In this document: positions 37,658-47,880 of the stretch, one piece after another
Position numbering within the stretch: the first letter of the stretch is position 1
Layout: each line of letters starts with the position of its first letter
Assembly (NCBI GenBank): GCA_965215605.1
Contig: OZ244070.1
Span: forward strand, 1,216,001 to 1,280,000
Origin: an uncultured Candidatus Binatia bacterium
Lineage (GTDB): Bacteria; Desulfobacterota; Binatia; UBA9968; JAJDTQ01
Direction: 5' to 3'
Length of the DNA: 64,000 bases
Made by a program: the position numbers and the translations under genes
The notes under the pieces: generated by a model
Told to the model about the DNA's origin: nothing
What the model saw: the letters and a program-made list of their open reading frames with translations, nothing else
Databases searched by the model: none

Positions 37658-40125
37658 CCGGACCCGGCCCCCCGCGAACGCAACGCCTCCCGTACCCGAT
37701 CCCGCAACTCCCGGGCTTCCTCCGACCCCGGAGCCAATTCCAGAGCGCGCCCCAGTGCCGCCAGCGCATCCGAATACCGACCCAGGCGATGCAATGTCAT
37801 GCCGAGTCGAAGGTGCGCCCCCGCCACGAAGGGCCTCACCTTGACGAGCCGCCGGTACAGCGCCAAGGCGTCCTCGAACCGTGCATCCGCGAAACGAATC
37901 GCCGCCAGCGGCTCCAGGGCCTCCGCGTCGAGGGGGTCGACATCCAGCGCACTCCGGTAATGCCGGGCCGCGTCCTCGGTCCGGCCCTGCTTCTCGCGGA
38001 CCTGGCCCATGACCCGGTGCGCCTCGCGGGCTATCGGGCGGCTCGGGGCGAGCGAGAATGCCTTGTCGAGGGCTGCCTCCGCGGCCTCGAACTGCTCCAG
38101 CCTCAGGAGCACCGTGCCCAATAGGACTCGGACCAGCGGATGCTCCGGCTCGCGCTCGATCAGCGCCTTGCAGCGGTCCTGCGCTTCGGCGAGCCAAGCG
38201 TCGTGTCCCGCCGTATCCGCATCGGCTCGGGGCGTGGGGCCTTGCTCGGTGGAATGTCCGCTGTCGCTGACCGAAACACCCGCAGCCCGTATCCGGTCGG
38301 CCTCCAGATCCGCCCGGGCGAGGAGGAGCCGGATGTGACCAGGCCGTAATGCGAGGGCCTGGTCGAGGTGCGATGCCGCGGCACCGAAACCCCCCAGCTT
38401 GTGAAGGGCCTCACCCGTCAGCGAGTGCAGAGCAGGCTCATTGTTCACGTGCCGGACCACCGGAAGCGCCCGGCTGAACGATTCGACCGCGGCCTCGTAG
38501 CGCCCGGATTGAAAGAGGGCGATACCGTTCTGAAGGTGAGCCACATCGTTGCCGGAGTCATCCGCAATCAACTTTCGGTAGATTCCCAAGGCTTCGTCAT
38601 AGCGTGTTTGGCGCACCAGAGCCCGCGCAAGCTCCAGTCGACGCCCCGCCTCACGGCCACGTGGCCAGGACGCGAGAGAACGACGAAGAACGGCCTCCGC
38701 CTCGCCGGGGTGATCTTGTGCCAGCAGGGCGTTACCGAGAGTCAAGTCTACCTCGCCTTGGGAATACCCGCTGATGCCCATGGAAAGGTCCACCGCTCGC
38801 CTCGCAGCTTCGAGGGCCTTGTCGTGGTAACCGCTGCCATTCAGTGCTCCGCTCAAGATGATCTGTCCGAAATAGTGCCGCGGACTAGACGCGGCGACGT
38901 GACGGGCGAACACAAGGCCGTCACGGTAGATGCCCGCCTGCTGCCAACTCAGGACACCCAAGGCCAGGAGGATGACGCCGGCCGCGACAACCGTGCCCGG
39001 CTGACCCAGGAATCGTAGTCGACCCGCCCTGTGAAACACGACGCCCAGGAGGGCCAGCGGACCGATGCTGGCCAGGTACTGGAAGCGATCAGCCACGAAG
39101 GCGATGCGCATGAAGCTGAAGTCCACAAAGCCGAGGACCGGCGAAAGGGTCACCGCGAAGAACAACCCCGCCGCGAAGGGGCCACGCCCGATACGGCCGC
39201 GGGCGCACCACAGCATCACGCCAAGAGAAACCAAGGCCGCGAGTGCCAGCCAGCCCAGGATGTCGCCCGTGTGGACTTCCCAGCGAGGGTAGAAGACCGG
39301 CAAGTGCACCGGCCACGCGAGCTGGTACACGTACATCCAAAGCGCCCGCGCCGCGATGAGCGCTCGCTCGACCAACGAGTAATCAAAGGGGAGGTAGGCT
39401 CTGTCCTGGTACAAGGCGAGGTCGGCAAGCGTAATGCCAACCGCAAGCGCCAAGAACGGCGCGACGCGCGCGGCATCGCGCCATGTCACACGTCCATGGA
39501 GCCACCACTGAATGATCAGGAGGGTCGGCGGCAGAGTCACCGCGATGGACTTGGAAAGCAATGCCAAGGCGAAGAGCGCAAGGGAAAACAGGTAGCGACT
39601 GAGCCCCGGCGTCTCGGTGAACCGCAACCAAACATGGACCGCGCCAAGATAGAAAAGGGCGGAGAGCAGGTCCTTCCGTTCAATGATCCAGGCCACCGAC
39701 TCCACGTGCACCGGATGAATCGCGAAAACTGCGGCCACGAGCCACGCACCCGGAACCAAGAGGCGGACAAGTACGCGCCAGAGCAAAACCGTATTCAGGG
39801 CATGTAAAACGATGTTGACCGCGTGGTAGCCCGCGGGGTGAAGACCCCAGAGCTTGTGCTCGATCCAGAAGCTCGTGTAGGTGACCGGCCAGTAATGAAA
39901 CTCAGAGTTTAGCTCCGACGGAGCAAACCAGATGGACACAATCCCGTCAACGCGGCGGATCAAGGGTTCAGCGACGAGAATCACGTCGTCCCAGACAAAA
40001 CCGCCGGAGAATGCAGGAAAATAGGCGATAAGCACCAGCAGCACTAGGCCCCGGCCCTTGCGGGCCTCGGAGGCCTGCGCCCATGACGCCAATCGGCGGA
40101 ACGCGACTGCGAAAACCTCTACCAT
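37636..40125 (-). CDS. TMTC-like GT-C membrane glycosyltransferase with C-terminal TPRs
   Basis: GFVWDD, HYWPVT, YHAVNIVLHALN, FAIHPVHVESVAWIIERKD, LLSKS, VADRFQYL; then TPR repeats. Confidence 0.85.
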   Translation of the reverse strand: MVEVFAVAFRRLASWAQASEARKGRGLVLLVLIAYFPAFSGGFVWDDVILVAEPLIRRVDGIVSIWFAPSELNSEFHYWPVTYTSFWIEHKLWGLHPAGYHAVNIVLHALNTVLLWRVLVRLLVPGAWLVAAVFAIHPVHVESVAWIIERKDLLSALFYLGAVHVWLRFTETPGLSRYLFSLALFALALLSKSIAVTLPPTLLIIQWWLHGRVTWRDAARVAPFLALAVGITLADLALYQDRAYLPFDYSLVERALIAARALWMYVYQLAWPVHLPVFYPRWEVHTGDILGWLALAALVSLGVMLWCARGRIGRGPFAAGLFFAVTLSPVLGFVDFSFMRIAFVADRFQYLASIGPLALLGVVFHRAGRLRFLGQPGTVVAAGVILLALGVLSWQQAGIYRDGLVFARHVAASSPRHYFGQIILSGALNGSGYHDKALEAARRAVDLSMGISGYSQGEVDLTLGNALLAQDHPGEAEAVLRRSLASWPRGREAGRRLELARALVRQTRYDEALGIYRKLIADDSGNDVAHLQNGIALFQSGRYEAAVESFSRALPVVRHVNNEPALHSLTGEALHKLGGFGAAASHLDQALALRPGHIRLLLARADLEADRIRAAGVSVSDSGHSTEQGPTPRADADTAGHDAWLAEAQDRCKALIEREPEHPLVRVLLGTVLLRLEQFEAAEAALDKAFSLAPSRPIAREAHRVMGQVREKQGRTEDAARHYRSALDVDPLDAEALEPLAAIRFADARFEDALALYRRLVKVRPFVAGAHLRLGMTLHRLGRYSDALAALGRALELAPGSEEARELRDRVREALRSRGAGSGPGSSPG

Positions 40126-40252
40126 GCCGCCCCGTTGGTACCCTTTTCCGCCATCGTGGTATTCAGTTCATGCGCGTTGCTTGGACTCCATTGATGACCG
40201 TAAGCTTACAGGCTGGTTTGGGGCTACCGCAAATCCACCGAGTGAATGGCGA

Positions 40253-41896
40253 ATGACACGCACGCAGGCAACTCTGGAAACTCTACTGCACCGGCAGACC
40301 CCCGGGCCGCAACCCTGGAAGGGCGTCACCGCGGTGCTCGTCCTGGCATTCGCCGTGCGCGCGGCCATCGCCCTGTCCAACGACTTCGTCCTCCATCCCG
40401 ACGAAATAATGCAGTATCTGGAACCAGCCCACCGGTTGGTGTTCGGCAACGGCGTACAGTACTGGGAGTGGTTCTACGAGGCACGCTCATGGCTCATTCC
40501 GGGAGCAATCGCCGGTATCCTGAAGCTCTTTGACACCCTCGGCTTGGGAGAGCCGTTCTGGTACGTGGGCGGTGTCAAACTTGCGCTGTGCGCGATCTCC
40601 CTCACGATCCCCGCGGCCATGTATGTGTTCGCGCGTCGACACTTCGGCGAAAGCACCGCGAGATTGGCCTTGGTGGCCGGAGCGTTGTGGTACGAACTGG
40701 CCGGGTTCGCGCACAAACCCTTATCCGAGTTCCTGGCCACGGCGGCGTTCATGGGCCTGTTGGCCTTGGCCGTGCGCCCCTCGGTGGACGACAGAGTGTG
40801 CTGGACACCCATCCTCGCGGTCCTGACCGCGGCCTTGCGCATTCAATACGCGCCGCTGGCGGTGATGGTTCTGGCAGTGGTGTTCTTGCGTTCCCGTCGA
40901 CGTATGCCCATGGCCCTCGTGGCGGCAACCGCCGTACTCTTGGTCGGGATATTCGATGCCGTTACGTGGAATGGCGGGCTGTTTCACTCTTACGCCCTGT
41001 ATTCGCGTTTCCACCTTATTGGCGCCGCCATTGGCCACGCCGACAATAGCCCTCTCTGGCTCTACTTCCTGTGGCTCGCCTTGGCCAGCGGCGGCGTCTG
41101 CGCCATCACCTTGGTAGAGTCCCTACGCCACCTGCGACGCTACGGCTTCTTGCTTGCCCTTGTCACTTTGACTCTGCTGCTTCATTCTCTACAGGCGCAC
41201 AAGGAATACCGCTTCATTTTCGTAGTGATTCCGCTCTGGCTGATGATTGGCGCGGATGTCGTGACAAAGTTCGCGACTGAGCGTGTCAAGGGACGTTGGG
41301 TGACACAAACCGTGGCAGCGGTTTTCGCTGGCCTCTCTTTGTTCGGAATCCTGAACCTGCTACCGTACCAACGGCTGGTGTATCTCGCCTGGTCATTTGA
41401 GACCGGATATACCGACTTCGTGCGGGGACAGGATCCTGCCTTTGCCGCTTACCGTTATCTTGCCCGGGCCCCATATGTGAAATCGGTGTGGCACATCGAC
41501 CGATCCTACTTCCAGACGCCAGGCTACTATTACCTGCACCGGAGCGTGCCGTTCTACGACGCACACACTGGACGCAGCCTCATTCCACATAAGGCCACAA
41601 TCCACGCATCGGCGAGTCACATCGTCTCTACGACGTCCGATACCTATTTTCCTGGCTATTCCCTGGAAAGAGCCTTCGGACCCTTGCGCATCCTTCGACG
41701 CAACGAGAACGACGCGCCTGTACGTGGATGGCATTCGTACACGCCCATCATTGTGGGAGAACACGACGAAACCGCCGTTAACCGTGTCGACCGTGGGGCG
41801 CCGGCACCCCCAACCGATTCCGGCATCCGCTTCACCGACACTGTGGACTCCCCTTGCACCGCTCAACCATCGCCCAATGAACATGATAGCCGTTGA
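40253..41896 (+). CDS. GT22 (PIG-B/Alg9-like) GT-C mannosyltransferase homolog
   Basis: HPDEIMQYLEPAHRLVFGNG...WEW...RSW, HKEYRFI; multi-TM. Confidence 0.8.
   Translation: MTRTQATLETLLHRQTPGPQPWKGVTAVLVLAFAVRAAIALSNDFVLHPDEIMQYLEPAHRLVFGNGVQYWEWFYEARSWLIPGAIAGILKLFDTLGLGEPFWYVGGVKLALCAISLTIPAAMYVFARRHFGESTARLALVAGALWYELAGFAHKPLSEFLATAAFMGLLALAVRPSVDDRVCWTPILAVLTAALRIQYAPLAVMVLAVVFLRSRRRMPMALVAATAVLLVGIFDAVTWNGGLFHSYALYSRFHLIGAAIGHADNSPLWLYFLWLALASGGVCAITLVESLRHLRRYGFLLALVTLTLLLHSLQAHKEYRFIFVVIPLWLMIGADVVTKFATERVKGRWVTQTVAAVFAGLSLFGILNLLPYQRLVYLAWSFETGYTDFVRGQDPAFAAYRYLARAPYVKSVWHIDRSYFQTPGYYYLHRSVPFYDAHTGRSLIPHKATIHASASHIVSTTSDTYFPGYSLERAFGPLRILRRNENDAPVRGWHSYTPIIVGEHDETAVNRVDRGAPAPPTDSGIRFTDTVDSPCTAQPSPNEHDSR
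41779..41883 (+). repeat. 105-bp direct repeat, copy 1 (3' end of the GT22 gene)
   Basis: TAACCGTGTCGACC...CGCCCAATGAACA; recurs at 46609-46713 with one mismatch seen. Confidence 0.92.
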
Positions 41897-42161
41897 TTCC
41901 CAAACGGAATGGCCCGTTCAGGGAAATTCGTGAGTTTCAGATGGTAAGTCTGTCTGGTTTGGGCGGTTTGGGAAAGGGAAACGGCGTCGGCCTTGACGAA
42001 GAGTGGTCCGGCGGATACTGTTTCGGGTGGATCGCGGCCGAGAAGGCGCAGGGCCAGTTGGTGGTATGTCCGTCAAACATACAGACAAGCGTAGCGACCG
42101 GAGTCCAGCGCCTCACCCAGGAGCGCTTGGCGGGCCACGGCCAACTCCAATGAGGTGGAAT

Positions 42162-42404
42162 ATGTTGATCCGATGGTTTTTCATGACATTGGCATTCCTC
42201 GTCATGATGAACGGCTCGGCCCATGCCTATATCGATCCGGGAGTTGCCAGCATCGTGCTGCAGACCGTGGTCGGGGCAATCGCGGCGGTATTGTTCTTCT
42301 GCTCCGGAGTTTTGCGGTATTTGAAAAACCTGTTCCGGTTCCGTCGCAGCGCACGTGACGAAGCCGCGCCTGCTGCAAAGACTGAACCGCGTTCCCGGCA
42401 GTAA
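42162..42404 (+). CDS. Small YIDPG-motif membrane protein
   Basis: Signal peptide ending AHA, then YIDPG and a TM helix with a basic tail; GAGGTGG RBS; TAATG overlap with the next gene. Confidence 0.75.
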   Translation: MLIRWFFMTLAFLVMMNGSAHAYIDPGVASIVLQTVVGAIAAVLFFCSGVLRYLKNLFRFRRSARDEAAPAAKTEPRSRQ

Positions 42405-43690
42405 TGATCGACCCGGCTTCCTTCAGAGACCGAACCGGGCAGGTTCATCTGGTCGGCGACAGGGTGTTCAGGGCGGTTCAACCGTGGGGCCTCGCAGACT
42501 ATGCGTTCGTCAAGGACAGCGGGGCGCTCGTTCCCTTGATAGACGAAGGTCTGGTGCTTGGCGCGGAGGAGGTCGAACCCGACAACCTCGGATCGGAAGT
42601 GCCAGCCGGGGGGCTGGTTCTGGAGCATCCTCGCATTCCGTTCTGGTCCTATCCGTACGAGTGGCCTTTCGGCGCACTCAAGGCGGCGGCGCTTGCGCAT
42701 CTCGACATCCAGGTCAGGCTGCTCGACTGCGGCGTGGCGCTGTCCGATTCCTCCGCTTACAACATCCAGTTCCAGGGTCCGCGCCCAATATTCGTCGACA
42801 CGCTCTCCTTCCGTCGTTACCGGGAACATGAACACTGGGCCGGGTACCGGCAATTCTGCGAACAATTCCTCAATCCCCTGCTGCTGTACGCGAAGTTTGG
42901 GCTGACTTTCCAGGACTGGTACCGAGGGCGACCCGAGGGTATTCCGGCCAAATGCCTCACACAGCTCGTCAGATGGCGTCATCGCTTCTCCTTCGGCATG
43001 CTGTCCCATGTCGTCGCGCCGGCGCACCTGCAGGCGCGGACCGGCAAGGTGTTGCTAAACAGGGCGGTCCAGGCGCGGGCGCGTGGCCTTCCGTTGTCGA
43101 GCTACCGCAGTCTGCTGGTCCAACTGCGCAACTGGATCAATCGGCTGCGCCCCAAGGCGACCCGCGAAACGCCGTGGGCAAACTACGCCCGTAGCACCCA
43201 CCGGGCCGAGACAGGCGTCGCGGAGAAGCGCGCCGCGGTGGCGGAATTCGTGAGATCCGTGCGGCCCTCGCTTCTTCTGGATCTGGGCTGTAACACCGGC
43301 GATTATGCAGCATGCGTGCTTCACGCCGGCGCCCGCAAGGTTGTGGGACTCGACGCGGATCACGGAGCGCTCGAACAGGCCTTCGCGCGGGCTCAAGCGG
43401 ACGACCTGGACTTTTTGCCCCTTTATCAGGATTGCGCCGACCCGAGCCCCAGCCAGGGATGGAATGCGCGGGAACACAAGGGTCTCGCCGAGCGCTGCGC
43501 CCAAGTGGACGCCGTGTTGGCCCTTGCCTTCACGCATCATCTCGCCATTGGCCGCAACATCCCGCTGCCCGAGATCCTGAGCTGGATCACCTGCCTGGCG
43601 CCGCGTGGGCTGATCGAGTTCGTGCGCAAGGACGATCCCACGGTGCGCACGATGTTGGCGGTACGCGAGGACATCTTCGATGACTATTCG

Positions 43691-44773
43691 CTAGTGTGGT
43701 GTCTGGTTAATTCGTTTAATAACGCTGGTGACGGAGTCAATGATGGCATCAGCGGACTTGGTCCAACGAAACGGCTTGGGATGTTGATTGTGCAGGTCGA
43801 GGTAATTTCGTATGGCTTTCTCCAGAGCGACCACGGAGCGGTAGGTGCCTCGGCGTAACTGGTGTTCGGACAAGGTTGCGAAGAAGCGCTCCACCAAGTT
43901 CATCCAGGAACTGTAGGTGGGGATGAAATGACAGTGGAATCGGGGGTGTCGTAACAGCCAATTCTTGACTTGGGCGGTCTTGTGGGTACCGTAGTTGTCG
44001 AGAATGAGGTGGACTTCCAAGGCGGCCGGGACCTGCGAGTCGATGTGGCGCAAGAAGGCGATGAACTCTTGGCTTCTGTGCCGGCGGTGCAGCTTGCCCA
44101 ACACTCGACCCGTGGCTACCTCCAGTGCGGCGAACAGCGTGGTGGTGCCATAGCGCCGATAGTCATGGGTCCGAGTCTCGGGTGTGCCGTAGTTCAGCGG
44201 TAAACCGGGTTGGGTACGGTCCAATGCCTGAATCTGGCTTTTTTCATCCACGCACAACACCAGCGCCTTGTCCGGCGGATTCAGATAAAGACCCACCACG
44301 TCCCGCACCTTGTCGATGAAGTGCGGATCGGTGGATAGCTTGAAGTTTCGCGACAGGTGAGGTTTGAGCCCGAATGCTCGCCATACACGATGAACGAAAT
44401 CCCGTGGCACATCCAGGTCCTCGGATAAACTCCGCACGCTCCAGTGCGTGGCATGCTTCGGCCGTCGATTCAGTGTCGCGTCCAACACTTCCTGCACCCG
44501 TATGTCGTTGTGCTTGCGCGGCTGGCCGCTTCGTACAGCATCGGACAGTCCCGCCAGTCGCTCTCGGGCGAACCGCCCCCGCCACTTCGACACCGTCTGC
44601 TGGCTCGTGTGGTGTCGCTTCGCCACCTCCTCCCCTGTGTAACCTCGCGCGCAATCCAAAATCACGCCCGCTCTCAGATGAAGACCCGCTCGCGTATTGC
44701 GCCGCCGGCTCCATCTCTCAAGCTCCGCCTTCTCTTCCTCACTCAAAACGATCCCTGCTGGTGGTCGTGCCAT
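43691..44773 (-). CDS. IS630 transposase
   Basis: HTH N-terminus, [31 protein letters not shown] (DDE triad). Confidence 0.95.
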   Translation of the reverse strand: MARPPAGIVLSEEEKAELERWSRRRNTRAGLHLRAGVILDCARGYTGEEVAKRHHTSQQTVSKWRGRFARERLAGLSDAVRSGQPRKHNDIRVQEVLDATLNRRPKHATHWSVRSLSEDLDVPRDFVHRVWRAFGLKPHLSRNFKLSTDPHFIDKVRDVVGLYLNPPDKALVLCVDEKSQIQALDRTQPGLPLNYGTPETRTHDYRRYGTTTLFAALEVATGRVLGKLHRRHRSQEFIAFLRHIDSQVPAALEVHLILDNYGTHKTAQVKNWLLRHPRFHCHFIPTYSSWMNLVERFFATLSEHQLRRGTYRSVVALEKAIRNYLDLHNQHPKPFRWTKSADAIIDSVTSVIKRINQTPH

Positions 44774-44850
44774 GGTGCCTCCTTCACCCTTCTCCCCATG
44801 GTACTACACCCTGTATTGTTTTTCAACTAATTAATCGGACAGGATACTAG
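43691..44850 (-). mobile_element. IS630-family insertion sequence
   Basis: CTAG at both ends (43691-43694, 44847-44850); imperfect terminal IRs TGTGGTGTCTGGTTAATT / TATCCTGTCCGATTAATT. Confidence 0.93.
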
Positions 44851-44953
44851 AACGCTTTGTGGCCGCACTGCAGCCCCACGCCCGAATCGTGGCCCGGCGC
44901 ACGGTCTCGGAAACCGGACGCGAGCTCATCTGGTTTGAGAGGCCCGTACGCAA

Positions 44954-46564
44954 GTGAGAGCCACCCTCGCGGAATCGCTCCTGTGGGCCGGCGCTTCCCT
45001 GTGTGCTGCCCTGGCGATCGTGTGCGGTTCGGTCCTCGCCAATATCGACAGTATCGGGTTGGCAGACGTCGTGCGGCCGCTCGCAATCTTGGCCATCCTC
45101 GCGGTGCTTATGACTCTTGCGCTGATGGCGGTTTTGCCGCCCCTCGGCCGTGTGTTCCCCATGGCGCTTTACGCCTACTTCGCGTTCCATCCGATTGAGG
45201 CTCTGCTCCCTGACTTTGGATACGAACATATCGTGGCCGGAGCGGCGGTCGTTGTCGGCCCCTTGGCACTCCACCGCATCTTGCGTCGCGTTGATCGACT
45301 GCGCGGAGCCGCCGGTGGGCTTGCGGTTGCGGCAACCATGGCGGGTTCCTCCCTCGTGGCAATCGCACCTTCGATCCTGTATGACAGCGCCCCGGTCATA
45401 TCCCGGGACTTCCAGGACGAGACCCTGGTAGCGGTCGCGAGTCATCGCGGCACGACCGCGTCGCTTCCGGACATCATCTACGTGGTGCCCGACCGCTACG
45501 CGAGCGCGGCGACCCTCAAGCGGGAGTTCCAACTGGACAACAGCTCGTTTTATGCCGCGCTCGAAGCACGCGGATTCCGGGTCGCGAAGAATGCTCATGC
45601 CAACTATCACAAGACGTTTCAGTCGCTTGCTTCCACCCTGAACGGCGGCTACCTGGAGGGGTTCACCAATGCTTACGGTATTGGGAGCGACGAGCGGCGT
45701 CCCGCCTATGACACGATTGAAAACAATGTGGTTCAGCACCGGCTGCGCAAGCTGGGATACCGGTTCCACAACTACGGCAGCTGGTGGGAACCGACGCGCA
45801 TCAACCGTTGGGCGGACGTAAACGACACGGCCTCTGCGTTTCTGAACAATCTTTCCGAATTCGAGCGAGCCCTGATTTACCGGACGCTAGTGCCTAGTCG
45901 GTTTTCCGTCAGTTCCATTAGAAGAAGCGAATGCAACCGCATCCAACGCAAGTTGCAGCAATTGGGGGAGGCCGGCAACGGGCCGGAGCCGGTTTTCGTG
46001 TTCGCGCACACAATGGTGCCCCATGATCCCATCACAATGAACGCCGCTGGGCACTGCCTCGAACCGCCTGTGTTCTATACGCCCGGCAAAGCGAGGGCGT
46101 GGCGCGATTTCAAGGCCGCTTACGTAGAATATCTCAAGTTCTTCAACGCCGCGATGCTTCGGGTCATCGATCAGCAGATGGAGCGGCGCAAACAGGACGG
46201 CCGAGACCTCCTGTTCGTCATCCAATCTGATGAAGGGCCTTGGCCCCTAACCGGGCGCGGAGAAGGGCGGAACGTTGACTACGCGTCCTTCACACGGCGG
46301 GAACTTCGCATGAAAACAGGAATCATCAATGCCCTACGCATGCCCGGGGGCGAGGCCCCAGACTTTGCGTCCATCGCAACCCCTATCAACAACTGGCGGC
46401 TCATCTTCAACACGCTTGTGGGCACCAGGATGAAGATGTTGCCCCACCGGATCTACATCCACCCGTCCGGAAAGAACGTCTACCGATTCTGCGACGTGAC
46501 AGCCCTCGTCACCGAAGAGGAAATTGCCGACGGGGAACCGGCACCGATGCCGTGCGACGACTGA
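44954..46564 (+). CDS. Membrane-anchored sulfatase/alkaline-phosphatase-superfamily (LtaS/EptA-like) transferase
   Basis: About five N-terminal TMs, PDIIYVVPDRY, NYHKTFQSLAS (candidate Thr nucleophile), FAHTMVPHDP, IQSDEG. Confidence 0.7.
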   Translation: MRATLAESLLWAGASLCAALAIVCGSVLANIDSIGLADVVRPLAILAILAVLMTLALMAVLPPLGRVFPMALYAYFAFHPIEALLPDFGYEHIVAGAAVVVGPLALHRILRRVDRLRGAAGGLAVAATMAGSSLVAIAPSILYDSAPVISRDFQDETLVAVASHRGTTASLPDIIYVVPDRYASAATLKREFQLDNSSFYAALEARGFRVAKNAHANYHKTFQSLASTLNGGYLEGFTNAYGIGSDERRPAYDTIENNVVQHRLRKLGYRFHNYGSWWEPTRINRWADVNDTASAFLNNLSEFERALIYRTLVPSRFSVSSIRRSECNRIQRKLQQLGEAGNGPEPVFVFAHTMVPHDPITMNAAGHCLEPPVFYTPGKARAWRDFKAAYVEYLKFFNAAMLRVIDQQMERRKQDGRDLLFVIQSDEGPWPLTGRGEGRNVDYASFTRRELRMKTGIINALRMPGGEAPDFASIATPINNWRLIFNTLVGTRMKMLPHRIYIHPSGKNVYRFCDVTALVTEEEIADGEPAPMPCDD

Positions 46565-46608
46565 CCAGGATGCCGGGCTTGGTGGCGTTGGGGTTGTGAC
46601 TCCACAGG

Positions 46609-46713
46609 TAACCGTGTCGACCGTGGGGCGCCGGCACCCCCAACCGACTCCGGCATCCGCTTCACCGACACTGTGGACTCCCCTTGCACCGCTCAACCAT
46701 CGCCCAATGAACA
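46609..46713 (+). repeat. 105-bp direct repeat, copy 2
   Basis: Near-identical to 41779-41883. Confidence 0.92.
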
Positions 46714-46772
46714 GTCAACGCGACCAGCGCGCGACGGGGAGGCGTCTTCGCGCCACGGCTGCCAACGTCCAT
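46714..46772 (-). pseudogene. 5' remnant of the flippase-like gene
   Basis: MDVGSRGAKTPPRRA is homologous to MDVGHRGAGDAFRSRA at 52830; truncated at the 105-bp repeat. Confidence 0.6.
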
Positions 46773-46785
46773 GTTCGGAGAAACA

Positions 46786-47880
46786 TCAAGACCAGACAGG
46801 AAGCTCGGCCCAGATGCGGTAGCCCGCAAAGAAGTCAGCCAGTGCGCCTCCCCCCCGAATGGAGTGAACATGGCGAGCCGGCGGCTCAAGTTGGTCGCAG
46901 ATTTCCAGAGCGCATGAGGCGAAGGTGTCGCCCCGAAGGGTCACCTTAGCCAGATCCTCGGTCAGGGAGTCCACGAGGCCCATGCCGAGACGTTCCTGGT
47001 CGAAGTCGTGCAGGAGATCATGCACGTTGCGCTCCTGCCTGACCAAGGGTCGCCCGAAAGAGACACCCCAGCCGAGGTGATCCGCGATACGCTTGACAAT
47101 GAAGCTGGCGAAGATGTCGTCGTACCGACCCACTTTGGGCGACAGGAAGTACGCGGGAAGCACGGCGCGCGCCAAGGTGGTATTCTGCGAGTTGAAGGGA
47201 CTCCGTGCGCCGGGAGCCAGGAAAAAGTTGTGTTCGAGGCGGTAACGGATGACGTATACGGGATGGGCGAGGCGGGTGGCGGCGTCGATGTCGGGATCGC
47301 CGAGCCAGAACCCGGCGACGACAGCGACGGGCAGCGACAGCGGCACACTCGCCACGGGCGCAGATCCGTCGTCAAGGTCGGCCCGGGCAGCCATTCCATA
47401 TCCTCGCGGCACGAACTGATAGTTATTTGCCGTCGTGAGAAACCGGCATACGTTGAACCACTCGCCGGACTTCCCATACGCCGTCAGGTCAAGACGGCTA
47501 CCGGCGGCGGCGCTATGGGAGAAATAGTCCTTCTCGGCGATGAAGTTGTCGTCGTCGATGGTGACCACGACATCCGCACCGTCGCACGCCGCCTTGAGGA
47601 TGGCCACATTGCGTCGTTGTATGCAGTTCCAGGGCAGATGGGCGCGAAGTTCAGGCCAGGGAGAGAGAAAAGCCTCCTGGGCGGCAGGCCCCAAGTACTC
47701 GCACTCGACGCCGGTGTCGCTGGCGAGTCGGGCGCAGTAGTCGGGTGCCGCAGCGTTCGTCCCTCGATCCCCAGCGACGTAGATTTTGATTGTTCGACCA
47801 TGTTCAAGGGCGTCGCGCGCAAATCCGTGCAATGCCTCGGGGACGTGGATCGTGGTCGTGATCAGTGCGGTCGAGGGCAA
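46786..47880 (-). CDS. RGP/UDP-arabinopyranose-mutase (GT75)/STELLO-like protein
   Basis: TTTIHVP, VAGDRGT, RRNVA, TIDDDN, PRGY, GFWLGDPDIDA, FNSQNT, GRYDDIFAS, QERNVHDLLHDF; probable TTG start at 47880 with GAAGGGAG RBS. Confidence 0.75.
   Translation of the reverse strand: MPSTALITTTIHVPEALHGFARDALEHGRTIKIYVAGDRGTNAAAPDYCARLASDTGVECEYLGPAAQEAFLSPWPELRAHLPWNCIQRRNVAILKAACDGADVVVTIDDDNFIAEKDYFSHSAAAGSRLDLTAYGKSGEWFNVCRFLTTANNYQFVPRGYGMAARADLDDGSAPVASVPLSLPVAVVAGFWLGDPDIDAATRLAHPVYVIRYRLEHNFFLAPGARSPFNSQNTTLARAVLPAYFLSPKVGRYDDIFASFIVKRIADHLGWGVSFGRPLVRQERNVHDLLHDFDQERLGMGLVDSLTEDLAKVTLRGDTFASCALEICDQLEPPARHVHSIRGGGALADFFAGYRIWAELPVWS

Larger units (their letters stand above)
42404..44957 (+). 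pseudogene. NoeA-like kinase-like/SAM-methyltransferase fusion interrupted by IS630
   Basis: DPASFRD, SYPYEW, DSSAYNIQF, IFVD, LDLGCNTG. Removing the IS at the duplicated CTAG restores ...[43 protein letters not shown], whose TGA overlaps the next GTG. Confidence 0.85.

Noticed and set aside
43695-43858. C-terminus of the 484-aa NoeA-like ORF
   Set aside because: Read-through into IS630; the true C-terminus lies at 44851-44957.
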